Origin: Raillietiella orientalis
Taxonomy: Eukaryota
Reading direction: 5' to 3'
DNA: 64,000 nt
Assembly: GCA_036172245.1 (NCBI GenBank)
Contig: JAYWIR010000001.1
Span: 2,046,001 to 2,110,000, forward strand
Each line of letters begins with the position of its first letter. The first letter of the stretch is position 1. Position numbers and translations under genes: made by a program. The notes beneath the pieces were generated by a model. The model worked only from the letters and a program-made list of their open reading frames with translations, was not told where the DNA came from and did no database searches. This document shows positions 10,949-24,599 of this stretch, one piece after another.

Positions 10949-13800
10949 TTAAGCAGAGAGCAGACGGAGGGAGCGTTTGAAATTTTCTCTGCGCAAATTT
11001 TCTGGAATGTCTTCAGTATCGCTCGACTCGAATCCGTCTTGAGGCGAGGAAGAAGTGCGATGCGAGCGAGACAACGGGCATATATGGAGAACAGCAGGCA
11101 GAACTAAATTAAGGGGACGGTGCTCAGAGTGCTCTGTCTGTCCGGGAGAGGAGAAGCTTTTCTGGATTAACAAAGGGGAAGAACCCCTTGCCTGGTCCTT
11201 CTTCATCTCATCATCTGGTTGGACTAAGCATTGAAATTTTCATAGTTCCTGAACTGTTCATCTAATTTTTGCGATGCAGCTGCAGTCAGCGGCTATGCCT
11301 CGGTTATAATTCCATTTAGGGACTCCGAGTTGATCGTGAAACGGGTAGAGATAAGAGAGTGGTAACCACAGGTAACTTTCCGATACTTACGCTCATTAAA
11401 CTATGGTACTTTAACTTTGGTTCGAAGCAGATAAGGTCGACGAGCCGTAAATGATCATTTACTGACAACCGTTGGGCAATGAATTCCTCGTAGATGGAAT
11501 ACGACAGAAGCATTCTTCACATTTTGGATTTCTTCTTTTTCTTCTTCTCCTGATGGCACACTTGAAAGCATTCAGTAATGGTGCAATACGTAGAACACAA
11601 GTACCGAATTATAGCTCCTGTTGACTGATGGTGAGCACACAAGCTTTTCGAAAGTAGCTACCAGATAGAATAGAAACTCCATGTGAGAGCAGCTTTCACT
11701 TGTACTCATTTAATTGTGGACTTGAAACTGCACATGAGGTGGAGGGAGCTGATTACACTTATTCCAGCATTAGCACTGCAGTTTTTGCTCCGGGTGCTTG
11801 GGGCAGCTCCACAAAAACTTGGACGACATTTTCATAATAGTGTAGATTGAACTCCAGTTTCCACTCCCAGTGTTGAGCAATGTTTGCAAAGCTTCGCGGC
11901 CTTTGTAGAAACTTCGTGATATCTGAGTTTTGCGCATTCATGGAAAATGACGGAGATGATTATGTTGGTTGTTTCCCGAAGTGATCGTGACACATGGTCA
12001 TTACTGGGACCGGTTGAACTCCTCTAAGCAAATGAGTCATCGTGTGTGATCGCTGATGTGCTACGGAATGGTGAAGACTTTCGAATATTCTAGAGACAGC
12101 ACAAGGTGTGAGTAATCGAGATCATTATCCAAGGCACCCAAGAAGAATTCAAGAATAAAATGTCAACTGTAGAAGTGAAGATTAGAACCCTGCATCTTCA
12201 GGACAATGTGAAAGTCTCTTGTTACAATGAGGCATTTCCTGTAAAGGGCTGACAAAATTCCTTGCCAGTTTAACAGTCTTATTATATTTCCCATCAAATT
12301 CTTTTACATACGAAGAGAAAAAAGCCGCGATAGAGTTAATTAATTTCAGTTCTCTTTCTTGTCTATGCCTTATATTGCAAATCATCATCGTTCACGGTCA
12401 CCATATTCATTGCAACTTATTCGTCCCAGTCATTCTGAGACAGAAGCAATAGACGATCGTTTGTTTGGAGATCGTATTAAGTCCCTTATCCTGGGTAATT
12501 ATCAGCTTTGAATAAATGCAGACTCTTGCAAAAAGCTCTCTACTATTCATGAAGCTAACTTTCAGAACAAACACAGCAGCAGTACAAACAGTTCCTGCTT
12601 CTTGCATGCCTTCATAAATTCCTACGGGATGCGAGTAAAAGGATAACGAATGATTTTCATCAGCCCTCTTGCAGGCACACCAATAACGATGTTTGGAATA
12701 GAGAAAGAGTGCGAAAGAACCCGACGGAGGCACTGACAAGCGTGACAGTATAAGCAAGGCCAAAATCAATCATCTCTCGTCTATCTCCTTTCCTGTAGAC
12801 ACCCATATGAACTGATGGCAGCTGCTATTGGTGACCGTGCATTACAAGAAGATCCAACTAATCATTGCTCATCATAGTGAAACAAAAAAAATAAAAAAAC
12901 GGTTGTTTCGTCCGGCCCGACCAACAAACCGCAACTCGGATTAAGCAGACTCTTTGCAGTCGGTTATGAAGAGATAACTAATTATCTGGTGTACACTTTT
13001 TCTCACAAGAATATCAAACAGGCATCACAAGCTGACGATGACTACAGTTGCACCAGTCAGTAAAAGCATTCACTATAACACATGTCTGCTTATAGAGGTG
13101 GAAAAGTCTTTTCCTCTTCATGCAATGGGGAAAATGACCTCTAAACTCCTCTTTCAGAATGGAATGAGATGATACTTTCCGTCTCGGTTTAGCAGCATAA
13201 GATTTGCAACATCAGCACCATAACAGCACCTGAGACATGATCTACTTCCATATTCTCTTGAGCTTAATAACAACATAACGTGACAACACGATGTGGAAGC
13301 TACTTGTTATTTTTAGTGGGTCAGTTATTTGATTCCACATGCATCTTGATATTGCACATATTTCATTGCTTACGAAATATTTCAGCTAAGTAACAGGAAC
13401 AAAGTTCTCCTTTCACCAAAGTACTAACAAAATGCATACAAGTATACAATTTAAGTCAAAATACAACTGGAGGGTTATTTACACATTGGGAGGAGACAGC
13501 TTGTTTAACCGTATTTAGATACTTGATTTCATAATTTTTTAACAGAGTCTCGAGGAGAGTTGCTTGAAATGCTCAAAGTTCTACTTTGGTTGAACATGCA
13601 AATTGAAATATGTGAAAATTCAAAAAATATTTTACTTAGAGAAAATTTCAGACTTGTTCCTTCTGTAATTCCTTCTGATTTACTTTCACCGCCTTTTTCC
13701 TCCTTGGTGGTGTTAGTCTTTGCAAAAATCACACTGCTGAAATATAGTAGGGATATCATGAGCGTCGATAATGAATTTTTCATGGCAGAATTCAATTTTT
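10949..13800 (-). pseudogene. RAG1: Near full-length decayed RAG1-like copy
   Basis: FSTSIS~FVKSIS; NCSH..CDACL~NCKH..CRVCI; MQEAGTVCTAAVFVLKV~MQGKGSGLQPAVCLAIRV; FVSPLQEM~LVSALMDM; ETTNIIISVIFHE~ETLTAILSPLIAE; YYENVV~YDEKLV; DTEDI..K..A~EMEDV..K..A. All collinear. Confidence 0.8.
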
Positions 13801-13859
13801 CTCCGTTCGACTCAAATCTTCAAAGTTAGGTTAAAAAACAAACAAACATGGATTCTGTT

Positions 13860-16850
13860 AAATTGTTCACCGCGATACTTTGTATTTGATAATTTCCATA
13901 GAAACATGGAGATCATCGAATTCTTCTAAGATCGAATGCTTTTATTTCATCTAGTTGAAAAATTCTGCTGTCATAGAACGTTTTATTTTATCTAGTTTGG
14001 GATGAAAGGCACGAAAACACACGTTTTTCCCATTATCACACTTAAGATTTGTAATCCATCAGGTATTTTCACAAAATTTGAAAGAAAACGTACGAGATAC
14101 TCGGGATAAGCATCCCAGGGTTTCAATTGAGTAATCAAGGATCTGGATCAGTGCCATGACATCACAAGCACTAATATCATACCGTGTCACCTGGCAATCC
14201 TGGTACTCACTCTCACTAGAATCAGTTATCAACACAACTTCGTTTATGTAATTAAATGCCAATCTTATGTTAGTACCTTCTTATGGAAAATCCAAGCTCC
14301 ACTTTTTACCTCTGCTTCTGATGCAAACTTTTTATCATTTGTTTTTGACATACACGAAATAATAAAAAAAGATTTTCATGTGACAGGATGTCACTTGCAA
14401 CGTAGACTTTCATGAAGCCATAAGCATGTATCTCGTGATGAATGCATAAAACAACTTTTTATTACGGATCTTCAACACAAGACAGAATAAACTGATCCTG
14501 CTTCCTCATGCAGAGCTAAAGAAATACCCTAATGTGATTCCATTGGGCGATGGTGTTGGCTCAAGGATACTTAAGCAACTTACATGTATGTGACAAAAGT
14601 TAAAATATAAAAGCTTTTGAATGTTCCCATGAACTTTCCACAAGCAGGATGTCTAAAAGTCTTTTGCAAAAATTATTCCCGATGATTTTATGACATTTCA
14701 ACAAAGAATATCTCGATAAGCTATAAGAGGTGTTTTACATTTAAATCACCTCCATGCAGCTATCAGGGAGACCACCATAGATAAGTCATGTGATCAGAAA
14801 AATGTGAATTGAATGATCTAATAACCTAATCTTCTAGAGAAGCAATTGTCAGAAACATGTGGTATAAACCATGAGCAGAAGCAAAATTTATGTTGCAGAT
14901 TTCCCTGATGCTTATACATCAGGTTGTTTCCTTTTCTTTTTCACTTTTTACACTGTGCAATAGTCGCTGCCCTATTTTCAATGATCTTTATTGAGATCTT
15001 TATTGAGACCTTACATTGAAAAGTATGTTGGTTTTTCAAAATGTGTGCTGTGAAGGATCCTCTAAGTAATCCTTGTTGAAGCATTTCCAAAAGAACCTTG
15101 CCACGCCCTGTTTAAAGCAATATCCTTCAATAGGCCTTCGGCTGTCTCCCCTGCAGTTGTCCATTTGTCTCTCAGACTCCTATGTTATTCTGATTCAGAT
15201 GGCTGCAATGAAGATTGCTCGGTACATTCTACAGGACTATACTTTGGAGTGGTGCTCCGTCTTTCTGACAGTCCTTCTAGTATTATGTCTTTGCCTTCAC
15301 CTGTTAAATTCGCAATGCTTCTGGCATGTTTCCAGTCTCTGTCCAGAGTGAAAGTGCGTTCGCGATTCCCAACATGCAGGGCAATACCGAGCTTTTCTGT
15401 CATTTAAAATTCATGCTGCAACCCGCTTCCCTCCTTTTAGGTATAAGAAAAAGAAATGCAAAAGGAACCTTTAGAGAGATTCGGTGAAACAGTTTCTTTT
15501 TTTTTCCATGACTTAGACTCCTGAGGAGGATTTCAGTCCCTGTTTAGCCAGGATTTCGCCTTTTGAAAGAATATTTCCGCAGCGTGTGCGTCGATGATCC
15601 TTCATTTCACTTTTTTTCTCTGCTTCCAAAAACAGAAACATAGGAGCAACAAACTCACAAAATCCAAATGCTTGTAATCGTCCAGACAAACTAACTGGTG
15701 CTTTGGTTTTGTAATCGAAAGGGATTTTTTTTCTTTTTCTTTTTCAGGGGGTGAACGGGAAGGGGGCCTTTCATAGTCTATTCATAATTAGTATCATTAT
15801 TGCATTTTCATATCATATGAATTTTCTTCTGGTAATATCATGGACATCCGTGTCATCGGTAGTTGCAAACCATATTCCCATTATTTGAGCATAAATGCAT
15901 TCGTCTGCGTATTTTTTAGGCAAATTTCGTACTAAGCATATTCGTACAGCAAAGAGAGAAAGAAGAGAGAGAAAAGGGCAAAGCACGGCAGATGACGAAT
16001 GCATCTTTTCGTTTTCCTCGTCGAATCCTTCGATGCCTCGAGAAAAAGCAAACGTTTCCTTAATGAGGGTTAACAAATGAATACAATCAAACAAACAAAC
16101 TGGTATTCTTCGTCGAAGACCACGAGGACTTCTAAATTCAACATTTAAATTCATAAATTAGCAGCAACGTGGACACAGCCTTTGTTTGCATGTCATACTT
16201 TGCTGAAGTCCTTCCAGTTATTTCTTTTCTTGGAACCAAAAACTTGGCTGCGCGCACGTGAGGATTAGCTGGTTTGGTTAGAATTACTACGTTTCTTTTT
16301 CCTTCGCAAAAAAAAAAAAAAAAAATCTGAAGGACACGATTAGAGGCTCCCAATCCTCACCTAAGGATTTCAATTTGCGTTTTTTGCCTGCAATGAACTG
16401 TTTAAACAGACTTGCAATCGGAGACCAATTATTCGTTTCATCAGCAATTCGTATCAGCAGCAGAGCAACCATTAATCAAAAGCTGATCCACTGAAATTTC
16501 AAGTTTTGCGAAAATCTCCAACGACAACTTGTAAATTACTTGGATAACATCGGTTTTGCAGGTCTGTTTTGCTTTCTGATGCTTTGAAGAGGTCTGTTGA
16601 TGAAATGTTACTGTACTCCGATTTGCAAGAAAATTCTTCATTGTACACAAATGTAGATGATGACACAGTGGTGCCATAATCGTTACGAATGATAATGATG
16701 AGGTATGGTAAAAACCAAAAACTGTCTGAAAACTGAAGATTTTGCATTTAAGAAGCTCGTCCTAAACTCCCATATGAGATTTCGTCTGCAGTAGACCCTT
16801 TTGAATAAAGTCGTGTTTCCACATGCAGTTCACAAGTCCCACGTAATTAC
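13860..16850 (-). pseudogene. RAG1: Near full-length decayed RAG1-like copy, tandem with the previous one
   Basis: WK..LFK~WKFKLF; DVIQVIYKL~DLIAKVFRI; FLSLLSLFAVR~FLSVLNSLMVK; DITRR~SLTRR; KDIILEGL~EEDILEGM; LMYKHQGNLQHKFCF~LMLELGGILRTFKFIF; ITN; KAFDL. Confidence 0.8.
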
Positions 16851-17299
16851 CGGAATCAGTTCATTTACTATTCGGAAAGGTTTACTTATTTAGCAAATGT
16901 GTCTAAAAAAAGATAATGAAGAAAATACTAGAAATCGGTGTTCTTTCGATTTCTAGTAACAAGCCAATTTTTTTTCCTCCAAGTTAAGATTACCGCAAGT
17001 TTCGATTTTTTCATTACACAATCATCTTTGATGAACGCCAAAATTGTTTCCATTAACTGCAAATTAATAGATAATTTGAAATTAATCTATCTAACACAGA
17101 ACAGCATATGCAAACCAAATGCTCCCTGGGTTCGGTTTAAGGGTAATCACGCTTGGATTCCATTCATTTCATTTCATATTCTGCAACCTTACTGCCAGAT
17201 CAAAGGAGTCTGATAGCCTTGAAGGTTGCTCCTGTGTCTCATTCATTAATAAATAATTGGACTCCTTAATAGTCGGAATACTTAAGAAAACTTTTAGCT

Positions 17300-17810
17300 T
17301 GGAATCAAACGAGAAGAGACTTTACTGTAGCAAAAGGATTTCGAAGAAATAAATGAAACCTATTTAAAGATAGGACACAGCTTCATTCTGAATAATTAAA
17401 TATGGATTTTACATATTACTCACTTTTGGGATTGTTGCCACTTCAGAAACTTACTAAGCATTACTGTTGATCTGCTCAACATGCATTTGAGAGATCTCTC
17501 TATATAATTTCGGAAATTGATATAGATATTATTTGTTTAAAATTTTTTAGTGATATGGCTAAATTCATTCTGCTGACACTTTTTTGAAGCAGTTTCGATG
17601 AAATTATTATTTTCTTCGTTAATGCAATTCATTCAAAGGTTTCAAGCTAACATCTTCATTGATTCAAAAACAGAGATATTAGGCAACTTGTCGCTCAGTG
17701 ACTGATAGTACAGTATCTTTCAAACTTCAGAAAGTCTTTCTCCAACTAGCGTTCTAAACCGCGAATGCTTGCCTCCATTGCTTTATTTCTGAATTAAATC
17801 AAGGAGATAG
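17300..17810 (-). pseudogene. RAG1: RAG1-like C-terminal remnant
   Basis: EIKQWRQAF~ERKRWQATL; EII*RDLS~EIIERDGS; SGN. Confidence 0.6.
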
Positions 17811-18359
17811 CAAATCTTTATTTTTATGAAAGCGTTCGACATGTTTGAGTAGACAAGAAGTTAAATAAACATATCAGGAAATAGAAATGAATAAAATAGG
17901 GCATTATAATGTGGTGCTATCATTAAATTTCATTATTGCATTTTGAAAAAATATAAATTAATGAATGTCGAAATATTATTAAGAAACACAAACCCTACTT
18001 ATGAATTTCAAGTCCGTGAACTGAACTTCGCAGAAAAAAAAAAAAAAAACTGTCTTTTTACCAATTCTATTTTAATATTATTTTTTTTAACCATTGTCTT
18101 TAAAATAACGAAGTATTTGTTGTTTCTGGAGGCATTTTTGCTTTTATACATAATGCAGAGGATTTTTAATAATTCCCGGAAAACAATTTCAAACAGGATA
18201 CGAACAGAATTTCGTTTATTTTCAAAATTAAATTCGATGATTTCATTTCAGCACTGTAAAATTCATCATAGTGACAGAAATAATAAATTTGGCACAATAC
18301 ACTGCACATATTTAATCAGCTAGTTGATGCAACAAACATTCCTTTTAAGCAGATTTATT

Positions 18360-19150
18360 TCACTATGGAGAAATGAATCCATGCTTCTGTCAATAAAAAA
18401 AAATCCGAAATTATTATGCTACACATATTATGCTGAATTGGTTGTTAGGTACACACCTATGGAAGACTGAACAAGTATGAGACATCACTCATCTAGAAAA
18501 TGTTGATAGTGGAAAGAAAGTAATTGTCTGAAAAAGAGGTTCTAGCAATGCATCACAGAGAACAATGCAATTCATAGCAATGCAATTGTTCTAGCAATGC
18601 ATAAAGAGTGATTGCTTCCACCTCTCAGATTTCCCAGCTGTATCCTAAATCTGAATTCATCGGAATATCAATTCAATTTGAACTGGCTTGATTTCAGTAA
18701 CTTTGAATATCAAAGTTACGAATCTGTTATTCCTTATCTCGATTGGAATTTACTTTTATATGGAGAACTATTTACTTTTAGATGGAGAACAGCTTATGAT
18801 AAACCACATTTGGGTGGATGTTTTGAATTATGTTAAACCGTAAAGGCCCCTGATAGAGGATTTTATAGAAATTTACCCCATTATGAAGTATGCAATAAAA
18901 CTTTTTACATTAAATGAAATTTTAAATTAAATATGGTAGTCACTGATTTTCAATATTAACATTGCCGTAAGTTACGTGGACACAGTTGGATGTGCTGCTG
19001 GTGCTGTGGCTTTGTTGGCGTAAATGTTATCTGAATTTTTGTAATTTTCTTTTAAAAATCTACATACCCCTATCTCGTGTTGATCCCATTGTCAATGTTA
19101 ACCGTTGAGCAAGTGTTGACAAGAAAAAATAGGAGATTGTCAGGGAAGTC
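18360..19150 (+). pseudogene. RAG2: RAG2-like kelch-repeat remnant
   Basis: In RAG2 order: NPCF~QPGF; LLGTHLW~FFGQKGW; ITHLE~VFHLD; LPPLRFPSC..SEYQF~LPPLRYPATC..SEKHQY; LLYG..RTAYDK..C~LFGG..RTTEK..C; NKTFYI~NDTIYI; RVDP~RVDLP. Contains stops and frameshifts. Confidence 0.72.
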
Positions 19151-19500
19151 TTCAAATTAATTTAATTTGCAAGTTATGCATTTGATTCTATGATTGTATC
19201 TGTAACGGATTTACCCCATTTTAATTTGCGCTAAGTTTTAAGGGTTTGTGTTATTGACTATTTGTTTTAATGTTGTTCCAACTATCCGCAGTGCACCAGG
19301 TTTTCATAAAAAAAATAGTGTATATATATGTGCATCGGTGTTGATCTGTTTGATAGTACTATTTATTGATTACACTGTATCAGATTTTCAACATGCAGCA
19401 ATGAACAAGTAACACATCGAGTTTAATTTTGTTTTAAAATGTTTATTTCGAACCTAATGGTACTGAATAGAAATACATTCCCAGATGCCGAATATTAGCA

Positions 19501-22500
19501 ATGTATCGAAACCTTCAGTCTCAAGAAAGTGCATTTCAGAATTTAGGTACCGTATAATTTTTTTTATTTGAATGTCATGTAAGATCAGCTGTTAGCGTTC
19601 GTAAGAACATTAAGGTAGCTGCCCTCATTATGATTTAAAAAGAAATAGTTTATTTCGAATATAGAGTTTTAAGCAAATTTGTACCACCCCACTAAAGGTA
19701 CTCATTAGGGATAAGCTCATAAGGACAAAATTATTGTCCTAATAAGCGTATACTTCATTTATGATTTTTTTTTTTTCCGCACCTTATCCTATTTGCACTT
19801 CCAACATCACTTTTCCTCTCAGCATTCTTCTATAACACATTTATCATAATTTCACATTTATAATTGGTTAATACTCTGTCCAGGGCAAAAAATTAACTCC
19901 ATTTGATTGTGCTCCACGTTTCTTTTAAAATGTGATTGAAAATTTTTAGGTAATTTGGTAACAGCTGATGGTAACGCTTATCATGGACAGCCAAAGAGTG
20001 TGGACAATGTCTACATTACCAGTCCCAATTCAGATAATATCTATGATTATAATGTTGCTAATGTGAGTGATTTGCTGTAGATTCAGTTTATTTTAAAGTA
20101 TTTTGATAGGAATCTTTAAATCATTGGGGAGAAGCAATTGATCCAAGAATTGCCAGTAGTCAGACAAATATGCAGATTTTCCCTGATTATCAGTCAAATG
20201 ATGCGATAAATTGGAGTAATCATCTTCCAGGATATCAGCAATCAATGGTGGCAGCACCTAATCCTTGGAATAGGAACTGGGAAAGCCAGTATATTTCTGG
20301 TGAATGGAATTGGCAACAGAATAAATTACCGTGCCACTCTTTGGTGGAGCAGTGTGCTGTGGATAAACTGAATTCAGGCTCTTTTGATCAGTATGCAGGT
20401 TTGCAGAAAATGGATGGAATTCCCAAGGATAATCACCTAGTTGTTGATTCTGATGTTTCATCATTTGTTGATAATCCATGCAAAGAAGGAGAAGGTAAAG
20501 TGTGACATGATGAATTCATAGATGAAGCAAAAAGTTATTGTTTAATTTAGAAAAACATGCTCAACAAACCATGCTTATACAGAAGCCCTACTTTGGTGAG
20601 CAGCATGGTAACACTGATCAGCTACAGCATTCTACACTTTTGTCCCAACACTGCCTCCCTTCTGATGAATCAGTGGCTCCTTGTCAGCAACCAGATAATG
20701 AAAGTTTGGCTTCAGAATTGAAGTGTTTGCATCTGGGTGCACCTCCAAAAGACTCTGATGCTTTTGTTGCTGGAGTTAGTGAAGGTGTCCATGCTACTCA
20801 GTATGATAAATTGCTGGAAAAAAATGCACTAGATCAGGATAAGAAAGATCTAAAAGAAGGAAAGGAGCCATCATTTGGTTCTCTTCCCCAAAACATTCAG
20901 AATGAAGGTATGTGTATTACATTTTCCAAAATCATGTTATTCCCATAAGGTGCTGCAATGTTGCCACCTGCAAGATCAAATATCAGTCTTCCTCATGAAT
21001 CTCAGTATGTAGGAAATTTTCAGTCCCAAGAAGTATCGAATTCTGCTTATTATGAATCACTTTCCCGTGCAAGCAATGCTGCATATCGATCCTCCAGCAT
21101 GAAAATGCCAGAAAAAGACATGTATTTAGAATGGGAACGCTATCCTCCTCCTGACAGATGGCACTTACATTCTCAACGATGCCCTCCATCTAGAGAAGTC
21201 CCCAGCCGAGTAACTAGTAATGAAAAAGCATCGCAACCATTAAGGTAATAAGATATTTCATTAAGTCTTTTAAATGAAAGTGATCAATTGGAAGAAAGGT
21301 ACCAGATAATGTATCAGATATCAGATATGCTAATATGGAAGATGAAATGTACCGAAAACCTGTGGGACATGCCCTAAATAACAGCCGCTATGTTTCTCGT
21401 GCTCCCTATTATGGTAATCTTTTAAATTGTCAGCTTTAGTGTAATCATTCTTCAGATACTGATTGCTACACTCATCGTCATCCTTTGGGAGCATATGATT
21501 CTTATCAGCAATATTATTACTATTACATGCAGATGGCTTACTTTCAGCAGTTACGCCGATCTTATCAACCTGCTTGGAATAAAAAAGTGGCTCCCTTCCA
21601 TGATGTGGATGGTAGAGGTAGTCGATCTGGCCGTAGTTCTGTCGATGACCTGCAGAGTGAGAGGTGAACTGATGAGAGTGTACTTTGTGTGTTCGGACTA
21701 CTGTAGAATTGACAATTATGTTTTTTGTAGCCAGCCGAATGCCCAGGGCAATGTTCCAGAAGCCCCTGTGGCTGACAGGTAGAAAGATGCATGTGAGTGA
21801 TGTGTGGCATGCATTTATTGCTTTGTCGTGTGTGTTGTTGCATAACTGCTTATTGTAGGTTCCTGAATGGTTTTTCAACAAACCAGTCCCTGCATGCTGA
21901 CTCAGATGTATTGTTTCATAGTCTTCCTGTGACATATGATGGTCACCGAAATGGGCCTGCTTCATTAGTTGATGGTTATAGCACAGAAAGAGGTATGCTC
22001 CAGAAGCATCAACAGCACCGTCTTACACCACTTAAATTCATTTCTCCCCATATATGTGGTGAGTTCCCTTGATAATTAAATTTACTTCTCTGAATATTAG
22101 CATTACATGTCTTCCTCTTTCAACAGTCAGATTTGCTAGTTGGAATTCATTACTTATGGTGCTGCCTTATGGATTGCATGACAATTGTCGGCCTCAAGTG
22201 CAACTGCTAGATATGCAAATGGTGCTCAGCCTCTTGCCAGATTCCCAACAGCTTGCTGCATTCCCTGGTCCTTTGCTGAGGTAAACTCAGTGTGATGATA
22301 ACCAAATAATTAATTGGTTTTAATTCATTACAGAGGTTGCACTCCCAAGCAAACTGTCATTCAGTTCTGTTTGGAACAAAAACGGGAACTGCGTCAAAAG
22401 CCTGGTATATTGGATCGGGGGTCTGTAGAACTACTGTGGGACTATCTTTTGTTGCTGTTGCGTCAGAATGGAGTAAGTTCGGACATTCTTTGTGACTCCA

Positions 22501-24522
22501 TTTTGGTCCACAGAACGTTTTAGGTAATGATTTGGCAGAACTGCTACTTAGAAATCAAACAGATAATGAGTCATCTCCACAAATGGATGTTCTGAATAGT
22601 AACAATAATTCTTTGGCTACATTCCGTGAGCTGTTGATGGCTGGGCATCAAAGAAATGCACTTGGTATGATGCATGAGCAAAGTTAGAACAGCATAGGGG
22701 TTTAGATTGGGCTGTAAAAAATAGTTTGTGGAGTCATGCACTCTTTTTGGCAAACAAAATGGACCCACAGACATGTGCCAGTGTGCTTACTCGGTTTGCT
22801 AATGCAGTTCCAGTTGCTGATCCTATCCACACTTTGTATCAGTTATTGCTAGGTCGCGAACCTACATCTGCTATGGTAGATTGAAAGACAAGTCTAGACC
22901 AGCACATTACAGAGTTTTCCGTAGGAACATTGGGACTCCTGGCAGTCACACATATCCATAATTTTGGCCAATCCTAGTCCTGTTCCGGAACTGAAGCAGC
23001 GTTCCTTGTTGACCATGGGAGACACACTAGGTAACAAAAATCAGAGGACGGTAGTTGGTATGTTTTTTTTCTCTTTACAGCTTCACAAGGCCGTATTCAT
23101 GCAGCGCATCTCTGTTATCTCTTATCATCAACTCCACTTAGCCCCTACCAGCAAAAAGCAGCAAAATTTGTGCTGTTGGGTTCACCACAAGATCTTCCCT
23201 TTGGCCAGTTTGCCACATGTGAAGCAATGCAAAGTACAGAAATTCATGAATACGCAAATTCATTGAATGGCATTTCTTCAACTTTGGAATCTTTGATTCC
23301 TTTCAAGTTTATTTATTCTATTCATTTGTTGGACCATGGTCTTTTGCCTCAAGCTGGCCATTATCTAGAGAGCATATGTCGTTGGATTCTCCAGTCACCA
23401 GCCACTCTGAATCCATCCTTTTCACATATTGTGTATACCATAGCTTCTCGTTGGGCAGCACACATGTTCAGTGAAGATGTTCAGCTGGAATGGTTGTTAG
23501 CTTTGCAAGAATGCATTCATGAAAGTCGAAAGCAAAATGATGGTGTGGAAACAAAAGCCTCAGCATATACGCATTCCACTGTCAATCCTTCAAGTCTCAA
23601 TAATGATAGGGTAGACAGTCATGTAAGTGAGGCTCTTGGCAACCCTAAACTGGAGACTTCTTATTGGAATTATGGAAACTCTTTGGAACAATGGTCATGG
23701 AATCACAACAATTTGGAGTCTACTAGCAACATATCCCTTACAGGCCCAAATGTACAAGGACTTGTGCATCCTGTACAGGTCAGTTGTCAAAATACCAAAA
23801 CTAGTTAATAATACTCAGGATTTAGCAATCTCATCTATCAACAGATTTGCCTGCTATAAATGAAGATGAAGATAGTGCTGAAGAAAACAAGCATAGATCA
23901 ATTCAGCAAATGCACGGACCTCCACTTCAGAATGATCCATGTTTGCAGAATGCAAATGAAAGAAATACGTCTGAAAGTTTGCGCCAAGAAAATGCTTCCG
24001 GACATAGTTGGCTTGGAGGTTTCATGAGAAAAATTAGCTTTAGACCGAAAAATCAAATGATTCTTCCTGATGACAAAAACCCCACAGTGAGTTCAAGGTA
24101 ACCTGTGTTTTAGTTTACAATATCATTTTCAGATTGTTTGGGATGATGATAAAAAGAAATGGATTAATGTTTCTGGTGATGACGAGGAAAGCACTGTTCC
24201 TTATGCTCCACCAAAAGATACAGATCTTCCCTCTCCCATTCTTGTGCCTGCTACAAACCCTAATTTAATTATTGATCAATCAACTGGTAATAAGTTCAAA
24301 CTACGTAAAGGAAGAGGTGACATCAAAATTATTTTGACTGTTATTTCTTTTATAATTTCCATTAGGAATGAGACAGAATTATGTTGATGTCCTAAATCCC
24401 AGTCTGATGCAACCTCCATGTGGAACAACAGGTGCATTTCATTTATAAAGTATTTTCTGTTACTTCTGAAAATTTACTTTTTTTAAGATGTAGGTCGTCA
24501 GCAGCCTCAGTCAACAGTTTGA
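19501..24522 (+). CDS. SEC16: Protein transport protein Sec16 (multi-exon, short introns; 5' exons tentative)
   Basis: Central conserved domain FPGPLLR, LLWDYLLLLLRQNG, LWSHALFLA, DPIHTLYQLL, MGDTL..AAHLCYL, TEIHEYA. C-terminal QMILPDDKNPTIVWD..KKWIN and YVDVL. Confidence 0.93.
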
Positions 24523-24599
24523 AGTACTTTCTAGGCAACCATAGCAAAATGAACATTTTTATGGGTTGCAAAGTGCAGATTGTTGTAAGGATGTGAAAT

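Noticed and set aside
11300-13300. Endogenous chuvirus/mononegavirus L polymerase (ERELK, GIYEGMQ, KGD motifs)
   Set aside because: The motifs were out of order for an RdRp; the same residues align collinearly and with correct spacing to RAG1.
16664-16716. RSS-like CACAGTG heptamers (also 5620, 14951, 38884)
   Set aside because: No nonamer at 12 or 23 bp spacing, and they lie inside coding remnants; consistent with chance.
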